Source of the DNA: Podarcis tiliguerta
Lineage: Eukaryota
Strand: one strand, 5' to 3'
Length of the DNA: 64,000 bases
NCBI GenBank assembly: GCA_965153285.1
Contig: OZ229119.1
Under the pieces are notes generated by a model. It was not told where the DNA came from, did not search any database, and was given only the letters and a program-made list of their open reading frames with translations. Below are positions 22,791 through 34,200 of this stretch, in pieces (positions within the stretch are counted from its first letter, which is position 1; each line of letters starts with the position of its first letter). The position numbers and the translations under genes were made by a program.

Positions 22791-25700
22791 GTCAGAGAAC
22801 TGGGCCTCTGTGCGGCGTGTGAGGTGAAGCCGACGGTGGTCGAGATGAGGGTCTGTGTCGCTGAGGGAAGGGGGGAAGGTCGGGTGGGGCCTGCCTGCTT
22901 GCCTGCCTCTGCCGGGCGTGTGGTCATAGTTGGCACCCCCTGACCCGGGGCCTATCAGCTGCTCCACGGAAGCGGGAGGGAGAGGCCCGTCCCCTCCACA
23001 CGAGCCGGGCATCCACGTTCCGGGAAAAGGTGCTCCATCCAGGATGCCTCCTCTTCCCCGCCCCCCACCCTAAACTGGCTCCGCCGAGGCTCCCTGCCTT
23101 GCTCAGAACCGTGGCCTCTCCCTCGACCCCACCCCGTTAGTATGAGGCGGCGGCGGGGAGGTGGACGAGCCCCACCTGTCAGCCTCGTCGGCAACAGCCA
23201 GTGAAATAATTTTTTCTTTTGTTAGGGGGAGGATAGCAAAACGGATTTGCGGACATGGGCGCACCTATTGTTGCGGCTTCTCGCCCGGCGCTGCAGCCCT
23301 TTTGCACATCCTGACAGCTGATGCTACTCTTCGATAGGTGGCTTGATAAATGCACAGCCGTCTCTCTTATTCACTGCCTCATGTTAGCAACTGTTAACCT
23401 TGGGGTGGATGCGATCATCATCTTTTTCTGTGGCTGGCAGCCCATTAGTGTAACAAGGTGCTCGCTTTTTGTTTCCTTGAGCGGGCTGATGGTTCAAAGC
23501 ATTGCAAGAATGGCAAGCAAGCAGCCTTCTTGAGGAATTTGGCATGCAATGCATCTAGGTACAGGACCTGAAAATCAAAAATCTCTGGTATGGTGGCAAA
23601 TTTATCCTTTACTGGAATGGTGTACTAATAAAATATTTTCTGGAGCCTGTGCATAAGATGAGCAAGAGTTTTAAACAGTAGCTTATCTTTCATAATTCCA
23701 TTTTGTCTTTAACTCTGATTGGATTGTGAAACTCTGCCTTGTTTTGGTAATTCCATCAAATATAATGGGATGGGGCTCATGCTGTGGAGGTAGCAGAAAT
23801 AGATGGCATTTCCTTGCAGGGGTTGGGATTGGTGATCCCTAGTATCTTCAGTTTTGTTTTGAAAATTCTCAGATGGGTTGGGAAAGATCTGTTTTGAAGT
23901 ATATGAGTTGTTGCCATTGAAAATAGATTGGCTAGATGAATTATTAACCTACCTCAGTATGTGGCAGTTTTACATATTTAGAAATATTCACCCTTGGTTA
24001 GGAAAATGTATAGTCTGCAAGGTTTGTCCTAATCATCATATAATACAGAAGTATTGCCTAGAATTTGGCATAACTTGAGATCCTTTTTGTGCTGTACATG
24101 AACTGCTTCTGAGTATTTTAAATGGGCCATTTTAAAATGAAGCAGAATTACAGTCAGTGCAATTTCAAAAGAGACTTCAACACTTTGATTTTGCACAAAC
24201 TGAGTTAGATGTTGTCAATATAGCATGTTTCTCTGGTATAACTTAACTATTTAGAATAGTTTTTAGGAAAAAAATATAGTGTGTTTCCTTTGGCAAACAA
24301 CATTTTGATATTTTATTGATTTATTAATGGTTTGCTGAACAAAAAAAATTACTTTTGTATAGCACATAACATTTTTAAATTTAAATTCCAAAATGTTTTA
24401 GCTGTTGGTTTGATATGATTTCCTGCCCCTGCTTTTGAGTGATGAAGCCATAAATATTTTTACCACAAATCCATTTTTCTGTAAAGTTGTATTGATTGTA
24501 TCTTGCAGAGAACATAAGAACATTACTAGTTTTGATTATTCATGATAGAAGACACTGTGATGCCTAAACATTTCTAGAGGCTGAAGTCTAGAGTGCAAAA
24601 AATATTAGAGGTGTTAATTTTTTAAAATTAAACATCCAATAAAATAATAATAGCATGGTGTTAAAAAGTCATCTACAGCAACAAACATATTAATTTTTTT
24701 TAAAAAAGATAATAAACTGGCAAAACTGTTATATTCTGGACTTTGGGAGCCAGAGAAACCCATGTACAGAGTTCTGTCAGTACAGGGAGGGGTGGCTTAT
24801 TTTTCCCCTCCTATGTCATAATGTCATTGGTGTTCCTCATCCTAAATGTGATTTTTGGTATATTAGTATTATACTGTTCATTCTGCTTGTATCTGCTAGG
24901 AATTGATAAAGGTACATGCACTGATAGCCCCTCCTGTACTGGTTTTGGTATTTTGTTATTTTTGTCTGGTTATTGCTTTGCAGGGATGTGCTTTGCTTTT
25001 AGGCATGTTCATCCATTACACAACACAGACTTGACTTCTCCACCCACAGCAATCCATTTTTTAAATAGTGAGTAAGAAGCAAGAATGCCTCTGGAAAGAA
25101 GAATCAAGTGACAGGTCTAGTTTGAATACGCCTTGCCTGATTGTGTTTAAGAACAAGCTGACAGTGGCATAATTAAGATGGTATTTTTGTGCACATCCTG
25201 AGAGCAAGCAAATACCAGTTTCAGGAGTTAGGAAAGTCAGAATCCATTTTCCAAGCATCATTAACTGCCCTAAGTTCATGTACCTAACATCTGATGGATA
25301 GTATAAGTCAACCTTCACCAGCTGGGCTGGCTGGGGCCAACCAGAGTTGTCGAAAACATCTGGAGGGCATCACATTGGCAAAGGCTGATTTAAGGCAGGC
25401 ATGTTATCTAGAGCTGATGCAAATGTGTTCCTAGCTCCACTCCAGGAGGTGCACAGAATGTTTGAATAATGAGCACAAGACTGATAGTATTTTGTGATGC
25501 GCTTTGAGGGAATGAGGATTTAATCCTTGCACAAACTCTGTAACTTAGGCCAGTGCTATCCACAATTGATCCTCATGTATAATCCAAAACTGTTGGGTGT
25601 GCAATGGGGCTAGGCCTCTCTAAATAGGATGGTAGCTTAGTGGTAGAACACCTGGTTTTCATGTAGAGTGGTGCTCCAGGTTCAGTCCACAGCAGCACCT

Positions 25701-25982
25701 ATCAATATCACCATCTGAAATCCTAGGGGGCCACTGCTAGTCCATGTAGACAATACTGATCTAGATAGATCAGCTGTATAAGGCAGCTTTGTCTGTTTCC
25801 TGTAGTTTGCATCTGATATGATCTTTTGACTGGAGACTGCTCCTCTACCAGCTCTGATTCTAATGATTTGATTTTGTTTCCTTAAAAAACTTATCCCAGT
25901 TGCATAGCATAAATCAGTGAAGTGTGTGTGAAGGAGTGGGAAATCTGGGGAGAGTTGAAGAAAATCATACTGCTTGCAAGTA

Positions 25983-26200
25983 AGGTAAAGGGACCCCTGA
26001 CCATTAGGTCCAGTCGTGGCCGACTCTGGGGTTGCGGTGCTCATCTCGCTTTATTGGCCGAGGGAGCCGGCGTACAGCTTCCGGGTCATGTGGCCAGCAT
26101 GACTAAGCTGCTTCTGGCGAATGCACGGAAACGCTGTTTACCTTCCCGCCAGAGCGGTACCTATTTATCTACTTGCACTTTGACGTGCTTTCGAACTGCT
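25983..26200 (+). mobile_element. Sauria SINE, 3'-truncated
   Basis: AGGTAAAGGGACCCCTGACCATTAGGTCCAGTC head; GGTCATGTGGCCAGCATGACT core; 14-bp flanking direct repeat. Confidence 0.92.
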
Positions 26201-26319
26201 TGCAAGTAGTGTGGCTTTTAAAAGTGGGAATCATGCATGCATTTGAATGGAGCATTGAAAGAAGCTACTGCATGATGCCCACAGCAACTGCTCCAGGTTT
26301 AAAAGCATATAATGGGGTA

Positions 26320-26447
26320 ACCAGTGTGGTGTCCTCTAGTTATTGGACTACAATACCCATTCATTCCTGATCATTGACCATGTTGCTTGGGGCTGATGGG
26401 GGTTGTAGTCTGACAATATCTGGAGGGCACCATGTTGGCTACTCCTG
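26320..26447. mobile_element. Short non-autonomous hAT-like MITE (GGACTACAA...TTGTAGTC hairpin); related copies at ~25310-25390 and ~44353-44460
   Basis: Internal inverted repeat gactacaa/ttgtagtc and shared CATCTGGAGGGC motif. Confidence 0.55.
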
Positions 26448-26484
26448 TATATTTTGGAAAATGCTGATAGGGTCACTAGCATTT

Positions 26485-26512
26485 TTGTTGTTGTTGTTGT
26501 TGTTGTTGTTGT
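26485..26512. repeat. (TTG)n microsatellite
   Basis: Direct observation. Confidence 0.9.
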
Positions 26513-29500
26513 TCTTGCCCGTTTGCCCACAAGTCTCTTTCTAAACATTAAAAGTTCCCAGCCATAACAGTCCCTGAATATCTTTGCTACCTATAAGTAA
26601 TAAATACAGTAAGTATTTGGTAAAGGTTTAGAAGGAAGACAAGTGAGATAGCTTCTGATTTCTTCTCATGAGGGAAAATAGAAAGCTTTGTGGGATGTTT
26701 TAATCTGATAATTTATTGAAGGTCAAGCTATTTTGCAGGGAAAAATGAGCTAAGCTTTGAGGAAAAATGTCTCTGTAGGTCTTACAGCAGGGTGCTGATT
26801 TCTTTCAGCCAAAGGGCCTTGTGTCAGGGGTAACAAGCAAGAGGTATTATGCTAGTTTCAGGTCACATTTCTGCTACTCTAAAGGAGGGCAAAGAACAAG
26901 CCATAAGTGGACATGGCCTTGTGAGTTCTGAGGACCAGAGAGGCCTGGAGGTATATATTTGGTCCCTATCATTGTCTTACAGTGGTAAGTTTATGTGTAG
27001 AACATCTATCAGCACACTGGCAGTTGCCAATCCGTCTGCTTCCTCATATCAACCGTTGAAGAGTACTGTATATCATGTGAATCTGTTTTCTCTCGGAAAC
27101 TACAAGGGTGGTTTATTTTTTTTAAAATGTTGTGACACCGTCTATATTTCTGACATTCAGAGTTGTCTTCTATGGTCTGTGGATACTGGGATTTGGAAGG
27201 ACAGTTTAAAGGACCTGTTACCATGCCCTGGAATTTAAATAAGTGGTGTGCATTGCAAAGGTCACACTTGCATTTCTGTGCAGGAACTGTATCCTCTCAC
27301 TTCCTAACACCTCTGTCAGGGTTGGCAGTTCCATGTCTGACTGTAGTTCCATGTTTTTCTTCTCCATCTTTAAATATATTGTTAGGAGGGCAGAGATTCT
27401 TATGTTTCAGCTAGTTTACGTAGCAGTCTTGTAACTTCCAAACACTGTGTATACCAGGGAGACCTGGAATGATGTGAACCAAAATGTAGCAACTCTATAA
27501 ATATTGCTGCAACATATATCCAAAAGAAGAATTAAAAACAACAACCAAAAAACCCTTCTTTAATTTAGTTTTGTGGATTTTAAGAAGTTGGTATGACCTC
27601 TCTTATTTTGTTTTATGGCAGTTGAAATATATACCGTAGCTGTGGTGACAAAGGTAAAAGTGATGTGGCTCAGTGGGGCTTAAGTCATGACTAGCTTGTC
27701 CCATTGATTTCAGTAACACTAACTTAGACCCCATTCTTCTACACACTTATCTGGATGTAAGCCCCATTGAACTCAATGGGATATTGAGACTTCATTCTGA
27801 TCAGGCAGATAAAGAATTGCAATGGCAGTCTAAATCTGACCCAACAGAGTTCCCAGTTTAGCTTGTGAGGCTGTTTCCCCCAAACCACATCTACCTCCTT
27901 TCATCTGTGATGTCCAGCGAGGAATGCGTGGAGGAGTGGCTACCAGTGTGTGACTGGAAACCTTAAAGTGTGCTTCGAATTGCGACATTGCTGATTTGCA
28001 GTGAGAGCAAGCCAGCTAGGTCAGTTGCACTGAGTTCCCCATGAGGAACTCAGAAGTGTAGCCAGCCACTGCAGATTATTGGAGCTTGAACTGAGCGCAT
28101 TCCAGCCTACCTGTCACAGATGTTTGGCAGCAATGGGGACTGATTAAGATCTGGCCTGTTGAGCCAAAAGGCTTCCCCATCTCTCCCTGGTCTATATCCT
28201 TGCTGTGTAGTTTTTGGTGAGGTTTTTTGGGGTTTTTTAAAAGAAAAGATTTGGAATTGTATTGCCTATTGTAATGGGTCAGTTTTACTAAATTGGGCCA
28301 ATTCATTTAAGCAGCGATCAAAATTTCATCCCTATTATATTACAAATCTGAAGGGAGGACCTAAATGGTTGTCCCAGATTTTTTTTTCTCCCTTTTTTTG
28401 CTATGGAATAATTTTTCATTCTCTTATGTAATTATATATTTAGGGATCCCACCCAACCCCCATTTCATCATGGCAGATGGTGTGGCACCCACCACTTGTT
28501 TTGTTGCTGCTGTCAGGATGTGATTCATTATTATTTTTTTGCCACTGATTTTAAAAATAGGATAGATTATGGAAATACTGAATTTCCTTTTTAAATTCAT
28601 TGAAACAGTAGGAGCCTGTGTGGCTTTTTGGGGTCTCCTGCTCTTTCCCCACATGCTTTCCCCCTCCCCACATCCTTGGTATAAAGCATGCACAACTCGA
28701 GTTTTACCACACAAAATCTGGGGAAGTATGGTGAACTTCCAGAGGAAGTTGGTGATGTTCTCAATTTTAGTGGAACACTGTGATACTGATAAATTTTTAC
28801 TACTATTCTGAATACCTGGTAGTTTCCTTATTAATTGGTTTAACAGTCAGTCGTCAGTCTGTCTGTACCTGGAGACAATGCAATCAGTGTCATTCCTTTC
28901 TTCCCAGTCAACAGATGTTCTGACCTTGTGATGAACTCTTCCACACTTTTTCAGCCATCTTTCAACAAATGTCAGACATAATTCTTCACAGAAAAATAAC
29001 TGATTTTGATGGTGGAAAGGGTCAGTATAGAGACCCTTGTCATCCAATTCTAGCATGCCACTCATCCATATCTTGTCTGCCAAAATCCATTTACCAACAT
29101 AATTGTCCCTTTGCAGTCAGAGCATACCCTGTGACTCCTAGCTCTTTCTAAGCTAAACCACTTTTCCATGTCCTATTCTTGGGATAGGAAGATCTCCAAC
29201 CCATGAGCTGAATCAGGCCTACCAGCCCTCTCTATTTGGTTTGTGAGGTGTTTTACGTGAGGCCACCCCATCAGGTGTCGGGCAGGTAAAGACATGGCTG
29301 GGCCGAAGTGGATTTGCAGTCACTACTGGTTAACTCATCAAGGGCACCAGCACAACACATTGGAAGCCCAAACAATCAGGGATTGCATAGCTCAGTGTGA
29401 CCCATAGTTATCAAACTTAATCCACTTCGGGTTGCCCTACCTGCACTCCCAAACCCCCTTGCATCCCAAACTTATTTCTCCTACATCCTATTTGCCTAAA

Positions 29501-30089
29501 TGTCTGTCACCCATGTCTGCTTCTTAAGAAACTACCACCCATTCCACACCCTTCTCTGCCTGTCAGACAGACTGCACACCCCACACCTTTTTACCCTGGC
29601 TGCTAATTTAAGGGAGAGGCTAATGTCAAAGAATGCAGTTGCAACTCTTGGTAGCTCAGCCCTTTTCCCTTTTAAGAGCATTGCTTCCTTGCCTTGATGA
29701 TGTTGTAATGACCAGTGTGGTAGGTGTGACTGCATTGGGAACCCCAGGGAATCTATTAAGATTCTGGGCATTATGTTTTATAGACCTGCTGAAGAGTAAG
29801 TCCATCCCACTTGTTATATTAAACACTAGATTTCCCTTCAACTAGCAGGGATAATGTTAACCTTTTTGCCTATGACTGTTCATGGGCTCCTTTAGGCAGG
29901 AGGGCAGGTTATAAATTGAAAATAAATAAATAATTGTAGTAAGGAAAGGGCATAGTTGGTATACCAATAAGCATTCCTTGTCACCAGAAGGATCTAGGAG
30001 TACCCCCAAACTATGCACCTGTTTCTTTGAAGAAACAGGTACAGTTCTGTCCAGAACTGGTGAACCAGCAGACCTGGGAGCTGCTCACC

Positions 30090-30310
30090 CATCGATTCTC
30101 TCCTTCACCAGGATTCAGTCTGTTTGTTGGTCCTCATCCAGCTCACCATTGCATTCAGGTCACAATCTCTCCTGAGGCATGACATGGTGCCCTATTCTCC
30201 TAATGACCACTCCCGGAAGTTTCGTATAGATATTAAAGAGCACTTGGAATAAGATGGTGCCCTGTAGCATTCCACCACACAACTGCAAAGGGGCAAACAC
30301 ATAATTTGAA
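30090..30310 (-). mobile_element. L2 LINE RT fragment (decayed)
   Basis: ORF 30160-30396 contains GMLQGTILFQVLFNIYTKLPGVVIRRIG, resembling L2 [28 protein letters not shown]. Confidence 0.7.
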
Positions 30311-30609
30311 GCCTGAACATATTGTTGAGCATGAACAGAAAGGGCAATCAGAAGTACCAGAGAGACATTTTTCCATTTGCATGTTTGAATCTTCACAGAA
30401 AATAAGGAACCAATACTTGTTAGAGAATGGAAACTGAATATCTTTCTTTCTCTTACAGATGATGATCAGCTCCAAGAAACTATGTCTTCAGAAATGAAAG
30501 CTTATACCTACTATAAACAGTGATCGGCCTTAAGTAGACTAGAAACTATAGTCAAGAAACTTCAGAGGAACTCGTCCTTACCTGGTTACCTTGTATCATA
30601 AATTCAATC

Positions 30610-31278
30610 ATGTATGGAAGTGCTCGGTCAGTTGGTAAAATTGAGCCAAGTAGCCAGAGTCCTGGGCGTTCACCAAGGCTGCCACGATCGCCACGGCTGG
30701 GCCATCGTCGAACCAACAGCACAGGTGGCAGTTCTGGAAGTAGTACTGGGGGTGGCAGTGGCAAAACTCTTTCTATGGAAAATATCCAATCCTTAAATGC
30801 TGCCTATGCCACTTCGGGCCCTATGTACCTAAGTGACCATGAGAACGTGGGTGCAGACACGCCTAAAAGCACCATGACTCTTGGACGATCTGGGGGGCGT
30901 CTGCCTTACGGTGTTAGGATGACTGCTATGGGCAGCAGCCCCAACATTGCCAGTAGTGGGGTTGCCAGTGATACTATAGCATTTGGAGAGCATCATCTTC
31001 CTCCTGTCAGCATGGCATCCACAGTGCCTCATTCACTGCGCCAGGCAAGGGACAACACTATAATGGACCTGCAGACGCAGCTCAAGGAAGTGTTGCGGGA
31101 AAATGATTTACTACGCAAGGATGTAGAGGTGAAAGAAAGTAAACTTAGCTCCTCCATGAACAGTATCAAGACGTTCTGGAGTCCTGAACTCAAGAAGGAA
31201 AGAGCCCTGAGGAAAGATGAGGCATCCAAAATAACTATTTGGAAAGAACAGTATCGAGTTGTACAGGAAGAAAACCAG
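30610..31278 (+). CDS. ERC1: ERC1 exon 2 coding part (exon starts at 30459)
   Basis: 669 nt, ttacag acceptor at 30458, CAG|gttagt donor. Confidence 0.98.
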
Positions 31279-34200
31279 GTTAGTAATCTAAAGAGAATTC
31301 TGCAAGGGGAGGGTAGATACAATTGTTTTAATGAATGTTTTTCAGAGAATTTCCCTTGGCAGTCTTGAACTTGAGACAAATTATTCTATTGATCTAGAGT
31401 CAGTATATTCAGTTCCAAGTAGCACCATGGAACATGGAAAAGTGATTTTCCTGTTTCAGATTTTGTATCCACATTGCAGCATGTCCAGAGTCCGTCTTGG
31501 AGGCCTAATCCGGGCCGTCGGTCTCAACGACTTCAACCTCATAAAAAAAAAAGCCCAGCAACTTCAGTCCTTAAAAAAGCTCAACAACTGTGGTTGGTTC
31601 TTTGGTCGGCCCTCATCTGGCCCTCTTTGAAAAAAGTTTGGACACCACTGGCATAAGAGAACAGTGAAGTGGGGGGAGAGCATCCAGTCCTTTCCCATCA
31701 GTTCACTATTCCAGCTCAATCCAGTATAATTCTAGGATTCTTTGCGAGTGTTCTCTGTAAGGAAGTGAGCAGAAGATTTATATCTTTGTAACGTGGAAAT
31801 TGTTGGATGTATTGGGTACTAGGAATAGTTAGACACTTACTCAGCAAATATTCCTGGAAGTTTGTCAAACTGTTGTGTGACATATGGTTGAATATTTAGA
31901 CTCTAGATTTTAAGACTTATAAAATTATAAACAGTATGGAAAAACTGAAGAGAAACTATTCCCTTTCTCGCTGCATTTCAATTTGGTTAAATCCACTTGA
32001 ATCCAGTGGCAGTAGATCCAACACATATCTAATGAAGTATTTCTTCATAATACACAATTTGGTTATAAAATTTGTTGCCGCAGGGTATATTTTTTAATAC
32101 TAAGATGTGCATCTTGCAAATACTCCTTGCATGTTGTTAAGATGTGTAGGGGACAGTTGATGAAAGACTTCCTTTGAAAGATAATCGGAGTTTCTTTTGA
32201 CAAGGTCAAGGTCTTAAAATATTTTCAGAATAAAGCCTAGATTCATATTCAATTGAATATATTTGTTTATGTAACCAAAGCAATTACCTTTCAAGTATCC
32301 TTCATGCACACAGGCTAGAAATACTCTTGGTGGTTTTCTACCAGGTGCAGATTGGAAATTTCTCACTACTCTCACCTTTTATGTCAGCCTTCCGGGGTTT
32401 GTTGAAAGGTACCAGTGACCCATTTCCCTGGCTGCTCCTCTGCATTCAAAAGCTTGTTACTAGAAGTGTACCCAACCTCACATGTCCCTACAATGAATGG
32501 AAGATCCACCTCCCCTAATTCCACTTGGTTAAAATGAAAACTATTTTATATGAAAATTTGAAATCTGCTAAACATAATGGGTGATCCTTGCTTCCTCACA
32601 AGTGCCTTTGAAATTGTTATTTAAGATGTACATGCACATGAAAGCCTATACCCAGAACAAACTTAGTTGGTCTCTAAGGTGCTACTGAACAATTTTTTAT
32701 TTTATTATTTATTTAATTTATTAATTTATTTTGTATGCATCAGAATTCTCTAGTTCACAGTTCAGATAAGGAAAGTACAGGGTGATATGCATTGTTGAGA
32801 ACCAGTATGGTATAGTGGTTAGAGTGTCAGACTAGGACCGGAAAATCTAGTTTTCAAATCCTCTCTCATCCATGTAGCTCACTGGGTGACCATTGGCCGG
32901 TTATACCCTCTCAGCTTAACCTACCTCACAAGGTTGTTGTGGGGGTTATATGAGGAGGGGGCAAACCATGTAAACCACTTGAGCTCCTTGGAGAAAATGC
33001 AATAAATTAATAAATAATGTTAGTCATACTTGGATTAGATCCATTAAAGCCAATGGACTTAAGTGCATTGATTTCAGTGGGTCTGCTCTAAGTATGACTT
33101 AGTTTGATATAACTCATAATACATGGATAAAGGGCAAAATCTAAAAGAATGATTTTACATTGTAAAAGGACTGTCCCTAGAATTAGTGAACATTTTGTGG
33201 TTGATTAGAATTTTGGCTGTGAAAGGCCAACATTTTTTTCAAATACTACTTTGGAATCTGTCTGAAATGTCACCTCTTGAAATCTAAATACTGAAGTAAT
33301 TGGAATAAATAGGATGCTTTGGAACTTTGAAAGTGAATATTACTTTAAAAAATAGAATTGTCTTTGCATGTAAACGTGATTGGTTTGTGGGTTTGTTTGT
33401 TTTTTGTTTGTTTGTTGGATCACTGAAAATGTTTCTTACTTAATGAGAGGTGGGGGTATGCTGGCTTTCCTATATCCTATTTCTGTCATTCCTTACACCC
33501 ATTCTAATTATTCATTTAAGTAAACTGCTAGAGCTTTATTTTCTGAGCCCACTATAATTACTACTATAATGGTAGGACGGTAGAACTGTAGTCCAAAAAA
33601 TAAATGGCACTATTTAAAAGCAATGCGGAATATGTAATGAGATACACAAACCAGGCACGCTAATTAGTCCACCTCTAATTAACTTGTTTTATGCCATCTA
33701 TATCAGTTGTCCGTTTGTATCCTTTAAAGTAAATCTGATCAACCTAAATTTTATTATAAACAGATTTTTCCACCTAGGGCTTTGGACTAGGGATTTCTTT
33801 GAACTAAGTTGCGAACACATTTCAGCCTATCAGTTAATCTGATAATTTAAAAAATATATCTTCAAGGCTTTTGGATAATATCTTGGCAGAAATTCAAGGA
33901 CTAACTGAAGGACACATTCCAGATCTTAACTGGTTACTATACTTTTTTCCTCTTAGATGTGCAAGGTTTGTGACTTTCTCAGTTCCAAGCATGAGTGTAC
34001 CAACAATATAAACAAAAGTGAATATTCAGGGTCATTTTAAATATGAGTTCAAACAGTTGATGGGCTTTGGGATCTGGGATGATGGGAGCCATAGCTCCAG
34101 GAATATCCCTATCCTAGAACCTTAGCAGGAACCTTGCCTTAGGACTTCATGCACAAGCACACAACACAACTCTGTTGCGATTGCTTTGTAGAATTTGCAG

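Larger units (their letters stand above)
21650..23300. promoter_or_regulatory. CpG island / bidirectional promoter shared by RAD52 (-) and ERC1 (+)
   Basis: Only extended GC- and CpG-rich segment in the window; ATTGG (CCAAT) at 22125, 22227, 22252, 22271, 22308; GC boxes; E-box CACGTG at 21941. Confidence 0.88.

Noticed and set aside
22013-23012. Long ORFs of 307 aa and 218 aa (minus strand) and several others in the CpG island
   Set aside because: Pro/Arg/Ser/Ala-rich low-complexity frames are expected from stop-codon depletion in GC-rich DNA; no recognisable domain
28840-29130. Possible minus-strand CR1 RT fragment
   Set aside because: Only a faint QGS-like motif; too degraded to support a call
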